A DNA stretch of 64,000 bases from Andalucia godoyi And28 (Eukaryota > Protista > Jakobida): positions 1 to 64,000 of the forward strand of contig VRVR01000054.1 of NCBI GenBank assembly GCA_009859145.1, written 5' to 3'. Shown piece after piece: positions 19,581 to 29,553 of this stretch (the first letter of the stretch is position 1; each line of letters begins with the position of its first letter). Position numbers and translations under genes: made by a program. The notes beneath the pieces were generated by a model. It saw nothing but the letters and a program-made list of their open reading frames with translations. It was not told the origin of the DNA and did not search any database.

Positions 19581-19677
<97 letters not shown>

Positions 19678-19914
19678 CCCCTTCCCCTTTTTCGGCTTCT
19701 TATTCGCGGATCCTTGCTGATTGCCTGCTACGTAGAAAACGACGTCCACGTGTACGAATTCCGCGTGACGAAGGCGACCATTATTCGTAAGATGAGTCAA
19801 AACAAGACCGATGAGAACATCTTGGCTGTGAAAAGCTACCTTGTGGAAAACGGCCAAGCAGATGTCGCGGCCTACGTCACGTGTCGTGGCGCAGCCCTAC
19901 CCTGTTCCCTGTGA
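18891..19914 (+). CDS. PaiB-like FMN-binding split-barrel protein with N-terminal hydrophobic anchor; join(18891..19145,19248..19554,19736..19914)
   Basis: Introns GTATGT..TACGTAG and GTATGG..TACGTAG restore one 246-aa frame. Motifs YIPSVY, GHLAGDNQH, HAFVPSGVY, VSTWDY and KMSQNK. Confidence 0.8.
19584..19672. repeat. (CT)n microsatellite in intron 2 of the PaiB-like gene
   Basis: Seen directly. Confidence 0.95.
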
Positions 19915-20431
19915 TCGGAGAAAGACGCCGGAGGAGAGCGACTGTAAATTAAATCTTAAAATAGAGTCGGTTGCATCAAAATGCAGCATCAACCTGTCAG
20001 CACGTCGCAGAGCTTCTCTCGCGCTTTCGTGCGTTTTTTTTTCGTCCTTTGATTCTTCTCGTTACCATTTTTCTTTTCTTTGATGCAAAAAGTCATTCGA
20101 AGCCGGCTTGGGCCTTTATAGTGGTTCTTTTCGGTCAAAATGTACTTGAGATGCCGCGTTGTCAGGGAAGCGGCATGTTTGCCAGTCAAACGTGCCCGAT
20201 TGTGATGTCGCAACATTCCAACACACTTTATAACTGTATTCCAGCTCTTTACTACTATTACTATTCCTGCTGCTGCTGCTGCTGCTGCTGCTATTATTAT
20301 TATAACAAAACAAAAGCACGTGATTGGCATACATTTCATACAGTCATACTGTGGTGTTCAGTTCATCCACGACAACAACAACAACAACAACAACAGCAGA
20401 TGAAGAAGGGGGAGGACGATGGCTCTGGTCA

Positions 20432-22786
20432 TCAAGCCGGTGCAGACTGACGAAACTGCTCAAATTTGAGCAAGATAGACTGGTCGACTTGCGGTCGAAT
20501 CGACTGCGCAGCAATCTTCCAGTCGTCAATCTCCACATTGTAGAACGAGCCTCGGCCCCAGGCATGCAGCACTGCCTCTCTGCAAGAAGACGCACACTCG
20601 GCCCCAGAGAACCCTGCGGTCCAGGCGACCCACTCTTGGCGCGACGGGGTTGCGACGGTGGGAAGAGCTGCATGCGCCGAGTCTGTGTTTCTAGAACTGG
20701 CAGCAACGTTGGAGATAAACGAGTCGAGAATGGACAACCTTGTTTCGTCGTCGGGAAGCCCGACGTACACGAGAGAGTCCAAGCGACCCGGTCTTGCGAG
20801 CGCGGGGTCAACGGCCCACGGACGGTTGGTGGCCCCAATCACAACGACCCGCTGAGAGGCATTCACATCAACGCCGTCCATTTCGTTGAGCAGAGTTGCG
20901 AGAACGCGAGCGTTCACCTCCGAGGCGCCGTCGGTGCTCCGGGTGCCGGCAAGCGCGTCAATCTCGTCAAGAAACACAATGCACGGCGCACAGAGTCGGG
21001 CACGAGCAAACAGCGACCGAATAGTGGCCTCTGCTTGTCCCAGATAAGGAGAAAAGATGTCGGCCGCGGACATGCTCACAAACGCAGCGGACACAGCCAT
21101 TGCAAATGTACGAACGACCGTTGTCTTGGCACAGCCGGGAGGACCGTACAGCAACACGCCGGAAGACGGCTGGATGCCAAGTGTTCGAAAAGACTCGGGA
21201 AACAGCAGAGGCCAAACGACAGATCTCTTCAGCGCTTGCTTGGCCTCACGTAGTCCGTGTACGACCTTGTCGATCTCTGCCATGATGCGCTCCTGTCGCT
21301 TCATTTTGCTACCGCTGCAGTCAACATGGATGTCTGCATCTGACTCGCGGAAAAGGCTGCTGTGACTGAGCTTGCTGAGAAACTCCATTGAAAATCCTCG
21401 GCGAGTCGACGGGACGTTCTGCTGGCATGCATCTAGAATGTCGGCGAGACTGAGATGCACGGAATGGTCCGTAGACGACCGCACCCCGTACCTTCCCGAT
21501 CGCAGAATAGTGCACAAGTGCACAATATCCGCACCGACATACCCAATCAAGAACTCGCGTGCTACCAAGTCCAGCGCACGGTCCGTTTGGTCGTCCATGC
21601 GCACAGGAGTCTGGACAGCCGCAGCAGCGGCCCTGCCGTTACACGTGTTTGTGGGCGTGGTCGTGGGGGTGGCAGTGTTCGCGTTCAATAAAAAGTACCG
21701 AAGAATGTCTGCCCGTTCTTGTTCAGACGGAATTGGGACGTGTATTTCGACGTCCAATCGACCCGGGTTGCGCAGCGCAGGTTCAATTGCAAATGGGCGG
21801 TTCGTCGCGCCGATCACAATGTATTTGGCGTAGGACTCTGGATGCAACGTTGACTGCAGTCGAAGCGTTGACAGCAGCGAAAGGATTAGCGCCGTCAGCC
21901 GCGCTTCTGCAGAGACCCCCGAATACTGGTCTCTGACGGGGCACAGCGTATCAATCTCATCCAAAAACAAAATCACTGGACCCTCTCCAGACCGGCTTCT
22001 TCTTCGTACTCTGCGTCCTGCGTGCTTGTCGATCGGGACTCGATTGGGAATCGCAAAAAAGTCCGTGGCAATCGCTTCCATCGTCGAAAAATCCCCAGGG
22101 ACAAAATCTGTGCTGGACGCAAGAAACGACTCCCACGTGACAAGCCTTGCTCCGACGAGCTTTGCAAGACACGCTGCAAGACTGGACTTCCCCGTCCCTG
22201 GAGGTCCGTGCAGCAATGCACCTTTCCCCAATTCAAAGCAGCCCATCAAATCGCGAACCACGTGGTCCAGCCCTACCAAGCCGATCTGCTGGCGTCCAGG
22301 ACTCATCACACTCTCGCTCGTGGCGTTCTCTTGTTTTGAAGACACGTGCTCGGAAATTCCTTCGCGCGAAATAAACAGCCTTCGTGACGATTGCGACGAT
22401 TGCGATGGGAGAATGTCTGCAAAGTACCGTTCCCACGGAGGATAGTAAAACAACACCATCGGAACTGTCAGTGACATGTCATCGGAAGGCCAAACACGCA
22501 CATCTTCCTCGATCCAGGAAGAGCAGTCGTTCTTGTCGCCTCCGGGAACGCAGAATGCAACGGACACCAATTCGTGCGGCTGCAAGCGCAGCTGGTGGTA
22601 CAGCGGCAGCGAAACTCGCGCGAATGGCACTGTTTCTTCTCCAGTCGATCCAGTCGATCCAGTCGATCCAGTCGATCCAGTCGATCCAGTCGATCCAGTC
22701 GATCCAGTCGATCCAGTCGACGGCTGGTCTGCAAAACGACAGATCGGGTCCCGTTCATGCGGAATCGGTCTCCACTCCACCTCCAT
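20432..22786 (-). CDS. Double-AAA ATPase, AFG2/SPATA5-like (closest pattern SPATA5L1); start uncertain, ORF open to 22939
   Basis: D1 LLHGPPGTGKS/FLDEID/ALRNPGRLD; D2 LLYGPPGCAKT/FLDEID/ALARPGRLD. Confidence 0.85.
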   Translation of the reverse strand: MEVEWRPIPHERDPICRFADQPSTGSTGSTGSTGSTGSTGSTGSTGSTGEETVPFARVSLPLYHQLRLQPHELVSVAFCVPGGDKNDCSSWIEEDVRVWPSDDMSLTVPMVLFYYPPWERYFADILPSQSSQSSRRLFISREGISEHVSSKQENATSESVMSPGRQQIGLVGLDHVVRDLMGCFELGKGALLHGPPGTGKSSLAACLAKLVGARLVTWESFLASSTDFVPGDFSTMEAIATDFFAIPNRVPIDKHAGRRVRRRSRSGEGPVILFLDEIDTLCPVRDQYSGVSAEARLTALILSLLSTLRLQSTLHPESYAKYIVIGATNRPFAIEPALRNPGRLDVEIHVPIPSEQERADILRYFLLNANTATPTTTPTNTCNGRAAAAAVQTPVRMDDQTDRALDLVAREFLIGYVGADIVHLCTILRSGRYGVRSSTDHSVHLSLADILDACQQNVPSTRRGFSMEFLSKLSHSSLFRESDADIHVDCSGSKMKRQERIMAEIDKVVHGLREAKQALKRSVVWPLLFPESFRTLGIQPSSGVLLYGPPGCAKTTVVRTFAMAVSAAFVSMSAADIFSPYLGQAEATIRSLFARARLCAPCIVFLDEIDALAGTRSTDGASEVNARVLATLLNEMDGVDVNASQRVVVIGATNRPWAVDPALARPGRLDSLVYVGLPDDETRLSILDSFISNVAASSRNTDSAHAALPTVATPSRQEWVAWTAGFSGAECASSCREAVLHAWGRGSFYNVEIDDWKIAAQSIRPQVDQSILLKFEQFRQSAPA
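22641..22720. repeat. 9-bp coding tandem repeat (CCAGTCGAT, about 9 copies) encoding (STG)n
   Basis: Perfect array seen directly. Confidence 0.95.
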
Positions 22787-22984
22787 CCATTCGACAGCGT
22801 TGTAAGAGCACGAGAAAAGGAGATCGAAAACGAAAACGAAAACGAAGTGAAAACGAAATGACCACGGAACGGCAGCTTTTTTGTTTTCTTCTTTCTGTTT
22901 GTTTTGGGTTTTTTTATTATTATTATTTTTTACAGCCATTCAAATGACGGTCAGAAACGGGGGATGGCGCGGGAATCGATACGC

Positions 22985-24322
22985 TTACAAACCAGCAGAA
23001 CGGGCATCGATTTTCCAGAGGGCCGAAACCTTATGGGCAGCGTCCACCACAACAAACCAGTCGTGGGCATTCACGGTGGGATCTACATGTCCTGGTACCA
23101 AGAACACTCTGCCGCCGACGACAGCTGCTTTGGCAAAGAGTGATTTGGCGTGGGGAGAAGCGTCCGCACGCAAGCTCAGCACCGAGTGTTCGTCTCCTGC
23201 GACTGCGTACTCGACGAATTTGACGAGTTCTGTGGACTCCGATTGTGACAGCCCCAAGAACCGGTGGATCGTCGGTGGCCCAGAGTCCAGAGACTGACCC
23301 TTGAGCCCGACATCGAGGACCGCCCAAGTGTCCGTAGCGTTTCCTCCGTGTTTTTCACGGGGCTTTGTCACGGACATGATGGTGGACATGATAAACAACG
23401 AGTGGTGAAACAGCGCTCCTGTGTCCTCGTTCTTTGCATAGTCTGCATCCATGAGTGCGTAGGAGCCCGGCTGGACTTCCGCGAATCGTCCGCTCTTTGC
23501 CTCGAACTTGTACGAGCCCGTGCCGCCTCCCGTGACATGCAGCCTGTGATCCTCGGACAATCCGAGCCGCTGCGCAAAATCTTCGTCTTCAAGGCCCAGC
23601 AGGTCCGTCAAGTGGATCACCTTGTCATTCACAAGCATGTTGACCGTCGCCTGCCTGTCCTTTGGATTTCGAATATGCTGGTTCTTTCCGTTGTACGCTT
23701 GGATTCCTCGAAAACGAAGCTGCGAGTCCGCTCGGCCTCCATTTCCTTTTTTTTCTCTCACGAGTTCGTCGCACACAGCCAGGACTTTCTTCATAAGGTC
23801 AATCACCTCGGATTCGAGCTGGACTCCGCAACGCCTCGAGCCGCAGCTCATCTCAATGAGGACATCCCACGTCACCCGCGGATGTTTCTCCAGAGCCCCT
23901 CTTACGCGATTGAGCCCCTCTTCCGAGTCAATGCACAGTGCAACCCGAGCGTCTGGGTGCAGCTCCGACAGCACTGCAAGTCGGTCAAGCTTGTGCACAT
24001 CCACGATCTCGTTTGTAATAAGCACGTCGCCCACCCCAGAGCTGACCATCGCAACCGCCTCGCTGACTTTCTGGCAGCACACTCCCACTGCCCCATACTG
24101 TTCAATCTGGATCTTTGCAATCGCAGAGCACTTGTGGGCCTTGGCATGCGGACGCAGCACCACACCGTCCCGATGAGCACCAGCAGAAGAAGCAGGACAA
24201 CAACGGCCAACCTCGCCTTGCATTGCCTTCAAGTTTGCGTGAAACACTTCTTCTTCAAGAACAAGACACGGAGTCTCCACAGACGAAATCGAATCTCCAA
24301 CTCGAGCAGGCTCCCAAGTCAT
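22985..24322 (-). CDS. Fold-type III PLP enzyme, D-threonine aldolase/D-serine dehydratase (DSD1) family
   Basis: ETPCLVL, LRPHAKAHK (PLP Lys), CCQKVSEA, RGIQAYNG, TGGGTG, EVQPGSY, PGHVDPTVNAHD. Confidence 0.9.
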   Translation of the reverse strand: MTWEPARVGDSISSVETPCLVLEEEVFHANLKAMQGEVGRCCPASSAGAHRDGVVLRPHAKAHKCSAIAKIQIEQYGAVGVCCQKVSEAVAMVSSGVGDVLITNEIVDVHKLDRLAVLSELHPDARVALCIDSEEGLNRVRGALEKHPRVTWDVLIEMSCGSRRCGVQLESEVIDLMKKVLAVCDELVREKKGNGGRADSQLRFRGIQAYNGKNQHIRNPKDRQATVNMLVNDKVIHLTDLLGLEDEDFAQRLGLSEDHRLHVTGGGTGSYKFEAKSGRFAEVQPGSYALMDADYAKNEDTGALFHHSLFIMSTIMSVTKPREKHGGNATDTWAVLDVGLKGQSLDSGPPTIHRFLGLSQSESTELVKFVEYAVAGDEHSVLSLRADASPHAKSLFAKAAVVGGRVFLVPGHVDPTVNAHDWFVVVDAAHKVSALWKIDARSAGL

Positions 24323-24759
24323 TCCCTTGTCCCAATCAAAACCTCTCCAGTCTCCAGATGTCCAGAGTGCAAAGCGGTTTCCCGATGGCTTTTTATCGTC
24401 TGAAAAATGCACGGACGAAATTGCACGTAGCGGGGAATTTCCCCTTTTCCGTTCCAGTCTTTTTTTAAAGACAAGTTGATGCAACCCGTGAAATGCTTTT
24501 CCCAACCGCAGTCTCAACCCACAGAACGGTTTGCCCCATCGTGATTGTTCGGACTTTGGACAAGCGTTGGTCAGTGGGTTTTCTCGTTTGTCGTTCTATT
24601 GTTTTTGATTTTTGTTTTTTAGTTTTTTTAAAGGAGGGGAAATTACCATCATTACGGAAAAGTTGAAAAAAGAAGGACCGTGAGACTCACACTTTTTGGA
24701 AAAATTCAAATCATCAATACCAAATCTAAATCCAAAGAAGAAAGAAAAAAGAAAAAGAG

Positions 24760-25269
24760 ATGGTATCTGAACACAAGGCTGTGATGAACAGTGGAGGAGA
24801 GGCGTCGGGGAATCTTGCGAGCACAAAGACGACAACAGCAAAGCGCATATTTCTAAAGAATGGCGAGTTGTTCGCGGTTCCGTATCCGAAAAAGTCGCGT
24901 TCGATTTCGGTTCCTCCGGCGCGGCTGGAAACGAACACGACGTACAAGTCGTCGTTTGTGGACAGCTCGCACGTGCTTCATGCAGCAGACAAGATGAAGA
25001 AGCCGCTTGTGCCGTACAAGCCAGATGCAATCCGGTCGCGGCTTCCTGTCAAGTTTGAGAACGAGGCAGTGCCATTTGTGCGATACTGCGCATCCACCAA
25101 CAATTCCCAGTTCGAGATCCGCGATGGCTCAAACTCCGAGTCGACTCGATTCATCTCCACAAACAAACGGGCCTACGCAGACAACCTCGGCTCAAACTCG
25201 GTCGGCTTCTCCAACCAGGCCATCGTCGCAGACAAGACGCGCTGGATCCACAGAATGACGTTTAAATAG
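24760..25269 (+). CDS. Hypothetical protein, possible microtubule-binding/ciliary protein
   Basis: 169-aa ATG ORF in a gene-sized gap, with TTYKSSF and STNKRAY short motifs. Confidence 0.6.
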   Translation: MVSEHKAVMNSGGEASGNLASTKTTTAKRIFLKNGELFAVPYPKKSRSISVPPARLETNTTYKSSFVDSSHVLHAADKMKKPLVPYKPDAIRSRLPVKFENEAVPFVRYCASTNNSQFEIRDGSNSESTRFISTNKRAYADNLGSNSVGFSNQAIVADKTRWIHRMTFK

Positions 25270-25431
25270 ACACTCCACACTAGCCTCTGTTCGTTGTTTA
25301 ATGCAGATGTTTTTTGCTTCATTTTTCAATTATTATTTTATTTTATTTTATTTTATTTTATTTTCTTTTCTTTTCTTTTCTTTTGCTCCTGCTTTTGTTT
25401 TGTAAAGACACTTTCTTTCTTCTCGATTTAC

Positions 25432-26199
25432 CTACTTGGTGGGAATTGGTTGGAGACAGTACATGTAGACGGGGAAGAGGTCTTGAGGGAAGCCTTTTTG
25501 CTGTTCCGAGTGCACAATCGAGAGTCCTGCACGGGAAAACAAGTGGCGGAGATGCTTGTCCGAGCGCGTGACGGACGAGTCCTGCTTGTCATGGACCCAC
25601 TCGGCTTCCTGACAGACGTTGTCCTTGACGACAATACGCCCGTCCGTCCGCAGACTCGCAATGCACTTGCCGAGAAACTCGACAAGCACTGCATCTGTCA
25701 AATGGCCAATCACCCACTGAATCCACACACAGTCATAGATACCCCTTCCGTCCGCGCCCAGCTGCACCTCAAAGTCCTGCATGCCAATCTGCATGAACGA
25801 GCGCACTCGGTTCGTCGGGCTCAGATCTTCTCTTGCACGCTCCAGAAACTTGGCGACCGGCTCAAGCAAATCAGCCGTTGCGAACCGGTGCAGCAGAATG
25901 TGCGCAGAAACTCGGCCCACACCCGCCCCAACATCCAGCACATGCGACTCCCCCGCTGCAGCGCACGGCTCCGGCAGCACTGTGCCCGCCGCAGATGGAC
26001 TCGTCTTGCAGAATCGGCCTTTTCGACTCAGCTTGTCAATAAACGAAAGTGACGTCGACGCATCAATTGGATCAAGCCTCCCAAACCCTCCAAGAACACC
26101 GTCAATCGTCGCCGGAACCGTCGTCCAGTAGTCAATCGCTTTGCTGTACCATTGATCATCTTTCAGTTCATCCGTCGAGGTGATGCTTGCTTTTGACAT
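25432..26199 (-). CDS. NTMT1: Alpha-N-terminal protein methyltransferase
   Basis: WYSKAIDYW, GVLGGFG, LDVGAGVGRVS, WIQWVIGHLTD, VKDNV, DSSVTRSD. Confidence 0.95.
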   Translation of the reverse strand: MSKASITSTDELKDDQWYSKAIDYWTTVPATIDGVLGGFGRLDPIDASTSLSFIDKLSRKGRFCKTSPSAAGTVLPEPCAAAGESHVLDVGAGVGRVSAHILLHRFATADLLEPVAKFLERAREDLSPTNRVRSFMQIGMQDFEVQLGADGRGIYDCVWIQWVIGHLTDAVLVEFLGKCIASLRTDGRIVVKDNVCQEAEWVHDKQDSSVTRSDKHLRHLFSRAGLSIVHSEQQKGFPQDLFPVYMYCLQPIPTK

Positions 26200-26473
26200 T
26201 GCTCTCACTTCCCACACAACGTATTAATATCCACACCAAACCCCAAACCTCTGAAAACTGAAATGATACAATGCAACGTGAAATGATCGCCCGTTCATAC
26301 AATCAAAAAGGATAGGCGGGGGAAATGAAGAAGAGGAACAGGAAGAAGAAGGAGAAGAAGAAGGAGACGACCAGGTCATTTGTGATTCCCAATCGTTTCG
26401 TTTTGTTTCATTCATTATTTTTCGATCCTTTATACGTATGTATGTATGTCTCTTTGTTTTCTTTTTTTTTCTT

Positions 26474-26492
26474 TCTCTCTCTCTCTCTGTGT

Positions 26493-26526
<34 letters not shown>
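26474..26526. repeat. (CT)n(GT)n compound microsatellite
   Basis: Seen directly upstream of ATG 26576. Confidence 0.9.
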
Positions 26527-26575
26527 TCTTGTTTTGGTAACGTTCGTCGCGTCTCGATTGCTGGAGCTTCAGTGC

Positions 26576-28618
26576 ATGGTCCTTTCGAGGAATGCATATT
26601 CAACTCGCTCTGCATTGGAATTGTGGGTACGCAGCAAGACGACCATGATTTGGGGTTCGACGATTCTTGCCGTTGTCGTGATCCTCGCTTCGCGTCAATA
26701 CATCAACAATTACCACAAGTACCATGACTACGTAAAGGGGGTGATGTCGGATGACGACGGTTCAGCAGCGACAGCGAATTCGTACGGTGTGCCGCTGAGC
26801 ACTTCGTCGTGGATCCAGTTTGGGTACGGACCGGAAGAAGTAGAGCCAAAGCTGCAGGAGTTTGGATACCGGCTGCATCGAACTGCCGACGAGCGGTGTG
26901 CGTCGCAAAGTCGCCGATTTGTATCCTGGCGCAAAAACAACCGCCGAGATCTGGCCCTGGCTTTTGATTGCCCACGCGGAACACAAGGACTCGTTCGCAT
27001 TGGAGAGCCAGTGGGTCCAGGCGAAGTGCCTCGCGAGCAAGTCGTGGTGCTTCGTGGATACCCAGAAATTGTGGTGCCACATGACATGCCGCCGTGGAAA
27101 GTGCTGCAGGCGAGCTGTGCTGCGGTCCAGGACGACGCCGTGGTCCAAGGCAGCACATTCCTGCTGAACCGCATACTTGCTGACGGTCGCGTAGAGGCGT
27201 CGACGGTGTCGAGCAGAGCAAACGAGCAGCCAACGCTGCAACACGTTGTGGTGATGATCCTCGATGCAGTTGGCAGAGAAAATGTCCTTCGAGCGCTTCC
27301 TGCAACTGCTGCGTTCTTGCAGTCAAGTAACGCAGGGTACGAAGTTGCAGACTTTGAGAAGTTCAACGCTGCCGGTAGGAACACAGTGTCGACACAGACT
27401 CCGCTGTGGTTTCATGCACACTCGAATATGCGCTGGAAGTCTACCAAGACAGTCACCAAGGAGGATGCGTCCGCGAACCCGTTCTTCTCGGATACAATTG
27501 CTGGACTTCCCATTGTCACTGCGCGATTCAGCCAGCTGTGTCGAATGGTGCTCGGGCATGTGCATGGCTTTGCAAACAGCGCTGCGCTGTACGATCATTT
27601 CTTCTACGGGCAGGACTGCGAAGCGACCGCCCAAGTGTGGAACATGTCTCGCGACGAACGAACTTGTCATAATGGGATAGCAGATGTGGAGGTGATTGCA
27701 GACATGATGGAGCTGTTTCTGGAGTCTCATTCTGCTCAAGCTTCCTCCACGTTTTCGATCGTGGACCTCCAGGAATGCCACATTCCCGATCTGACTATTT
27801 GCGCAAACTCCGATCGAACGATCCGCAGGATGCTCGAGTATCTCATGGTGCAGCGGAAAGACACAATCGCGTGGTTCATGTCAGACCACGGGCTTCATCA
27901 AGTCAGTGAGAAGATGCTGCATGCGTTCAGTCATGATATCTTGGTGAAGCAAATCGTGTCTCCGTTTCTCTTTCTGCTGCACCAGAAGAACGCGCTTCCA
28001 CTGCAATTCAAGCAGCATCTCCGCCTCAATTCCAAGCGTCTCGTTACCGCTTTCGATCTCCACAAGACGCTGCTTGACTTGCTGCAGCACGTCTCAAAGT
28101 CTTCCATTGAATCGGAAAGGGTTGCCTACTTGCAGTCGTCCAACATCACAGGGTCCGTGTCGCTGCTGCGCTCCGAAGTGCCCTTGAAGAGGACCTGCGA
28201 CGAAGCGGGAATCGACGACTGGTTCTGCATTCCAAAGTTAAAGTCCCTGAGAACATGCGACAATGAAACGTCGTCAATGGTCGCGGCTCTTGCTCTGCAG
28301 TTCATCAATGAGCAAATCGATCTGATGGTGCGCAGTGTCGCCGACGAAAACAACAGCAGGGCCCGCTGCCAGCCCGTGCGATTGCACAGCGTGACTCTTT
28401 GTGAAATCCAGGACGGGTCTTTTGTCTCTCTGATGTTCAATGGCCAAATTGCAACCGTCTGGTCTGCCGTGTACAGTCTGAAGGACGGTGGCGGCACCAC
28501 CACCAGAAACGCAGTGCAGTCGGTCCGCCAGGTCTCGTCGTACAATCGGTTCGAAAACTGTCAGCCGCCAAATGTAGTCAAGGAACTCTGTGTTTGCGCA
28601 GCCAAGCCCGCCCGCTGA
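26576..28618 (+). CDS. Type II membrane alkaline-phosphatase/sulfatase-superfamily protein, DUF229-like
   Basis: N-terminal TM, VVVMILDAVGRENVLRALPAT, KFNAAGRNT, FMSDHG, RLVTAFDLHKTL, Cys-rich C-terminus. Confidence 0.75.
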   Translation: MVLSRNAYSTRSALELWVRSKTTMIWGSTILAVVVILASRQYINNYHKYHDYVKGVMSDDDGSAATANSYGVPLSTSSWIQFGYGPEEVEPKLQEFGYRLHRTADERCASQSRRFVSWRKNNRRDLALAFDCPRGTQGLVRIGEPVGPGEVPREQVVVLRGYPEIVVPHDMPPWKVLQASCAAVQDDAVVQGSTFLLNRILADGRVEASTVSSRANEQPTLQHVVVMILDAVGRENVLRALPATAAFLQSSNAGYEVADFEKFNAAGRNTVSTQTPLWFHAHSNMRWKSTKTVTKEDASANPFFSDTIAGLPIVTARFSQLCRMVLGHVHGFANSAALYDHFFYGQDCEATAQVWNMSRDERTCHNGIADVEVIADMMELFLESHSAQASSTFSIVDLQECHIPDLTICANSDRTIRRMLEYLMVQRKDTIAWFMSDHGLHQVSEKMLHAFSHDILVKQIVSPFLFLLHQKNALPLQFKQHLRLNSKRLVTAFDLHKTLLDLLQHVSKSSIESERVAYLQSSNITGSVSLLRSEVPLKRTCDEAGIDDWFCIPKLKSLRTCDNETSSMVAALALQFINEQIDLMVRSVADENNSRARCQPVRLHSVTLCEIQDGSFVSLMFNGQIATVWSAVYSLKDGGGTTTRNAVQSVRQVSSYNRFENCQPPNVVKELCVCAAKPAR

Positions 28619-29078
28619 GCAGATTTGTCTGATGATCCCTGTTCTCTTTCGTCGATCCAGTTCAGTACGCTCAATGGGAGGAGTCGAGCGTCCGACTGTA
28701 ACAAGAAATTAAATTAAATTAAAAAACGCGGTCGGGGACTTTTCCGGTTTTGGCAACTCGCATGTTGCAGCGGGGAAATCATTTGGCCAAAATGGACCAA
28801 AAAGGAAATGCATTTTTTGCAAATCTCCGGCAAACTGCGGAAACCGATCATGCACATAACCCGTACCCTCATCCGAAGTGTACCAATCACAAAGAAATCA
28901 CTCAATCACGTTTCTTTCTGCTGGCTCTGTTTCCTCAGTTTCCTACGCTTTCTCTTAACTCGTTTGCTGTTGTGTTTTTGATATTTTGTCTTTGTTATTT
29001 GTGTTTCCTCTGTCTTTTTCTTTTCCTTTTTTCTTTTCTTATGTTCGACATTTGTTCTGGTCCATCACAGTCCGTCCA

Positions 29079-29336
29079 ATGAAGTTCTCCACCCTCATCA
29101 AGAAGCCCGAACTCCAGGTCCTTGGGTTCTTTATCGGCGGTTGCTGCTTGATCTCGACTGCATATGTCGGCCGTTTGGCGGTCTCTGGCTGGGACGTTGT
29201 GTTGAACAAGAACGATCCGTTCCCATTCCAGAAGTACAAGCACCACGACGACCCCAAGCTGTTCGTTGCGTCGCTTCGTGACCGAAAGCCAGAGGTCTTT
29301 GCCTCGCTCAACGATCGCATGTCCAACGTCGAGTAA
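29079..29336 (+). CDS. NDUFA4: NDUFA4/B12D-family cytochrome c oxidase subunit
   Basis: 85 aa: IKKPELQVLGFFIG, a single TM, then DVVLNKNDPFPFQ. Confidence 0.8.
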   Translation: MKFSTLIKKPELQVLGFFIGGCCLISTAYVGRLAVSGWDVVLNKNDPFPFQKYKHHDDPKLFVASLRDRKPEVFASLNDRMSNVE

Positions 29337-29553
29337 GCGATCAAGCGGGTGCACTCGGAGAAGAACCACACCAAAGAATGACGACATGTCCTTGTAATTA
29401 GTTACTTAAATTTTTAAAGCGCCCATCTACTACTGACTTGGGGGAGAGAGAAAAACACACGAACCAGGAAAATGAATGGTTTATTACTGTACAGAAGAAC
29501 AAAAGGAGAAGGAAAGAAGCTGGTGCATCTCGATTTTCGAAGCACGACGAGCA

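Noticed and set aside
22641-22720. CRISPR-like array
   Set aside because: Contiguous 9-bp tandem units with no spacers, in frame within a eukaryotic CDS.
22787-22939. N-terminal extension of the AAA ATPase from ATG 22939
   Set aside because: AT-rich, low-complexity sequence only 45 nt from the upstream gene's stop; more likely UTR or spacer. No convincing splice acceptor.
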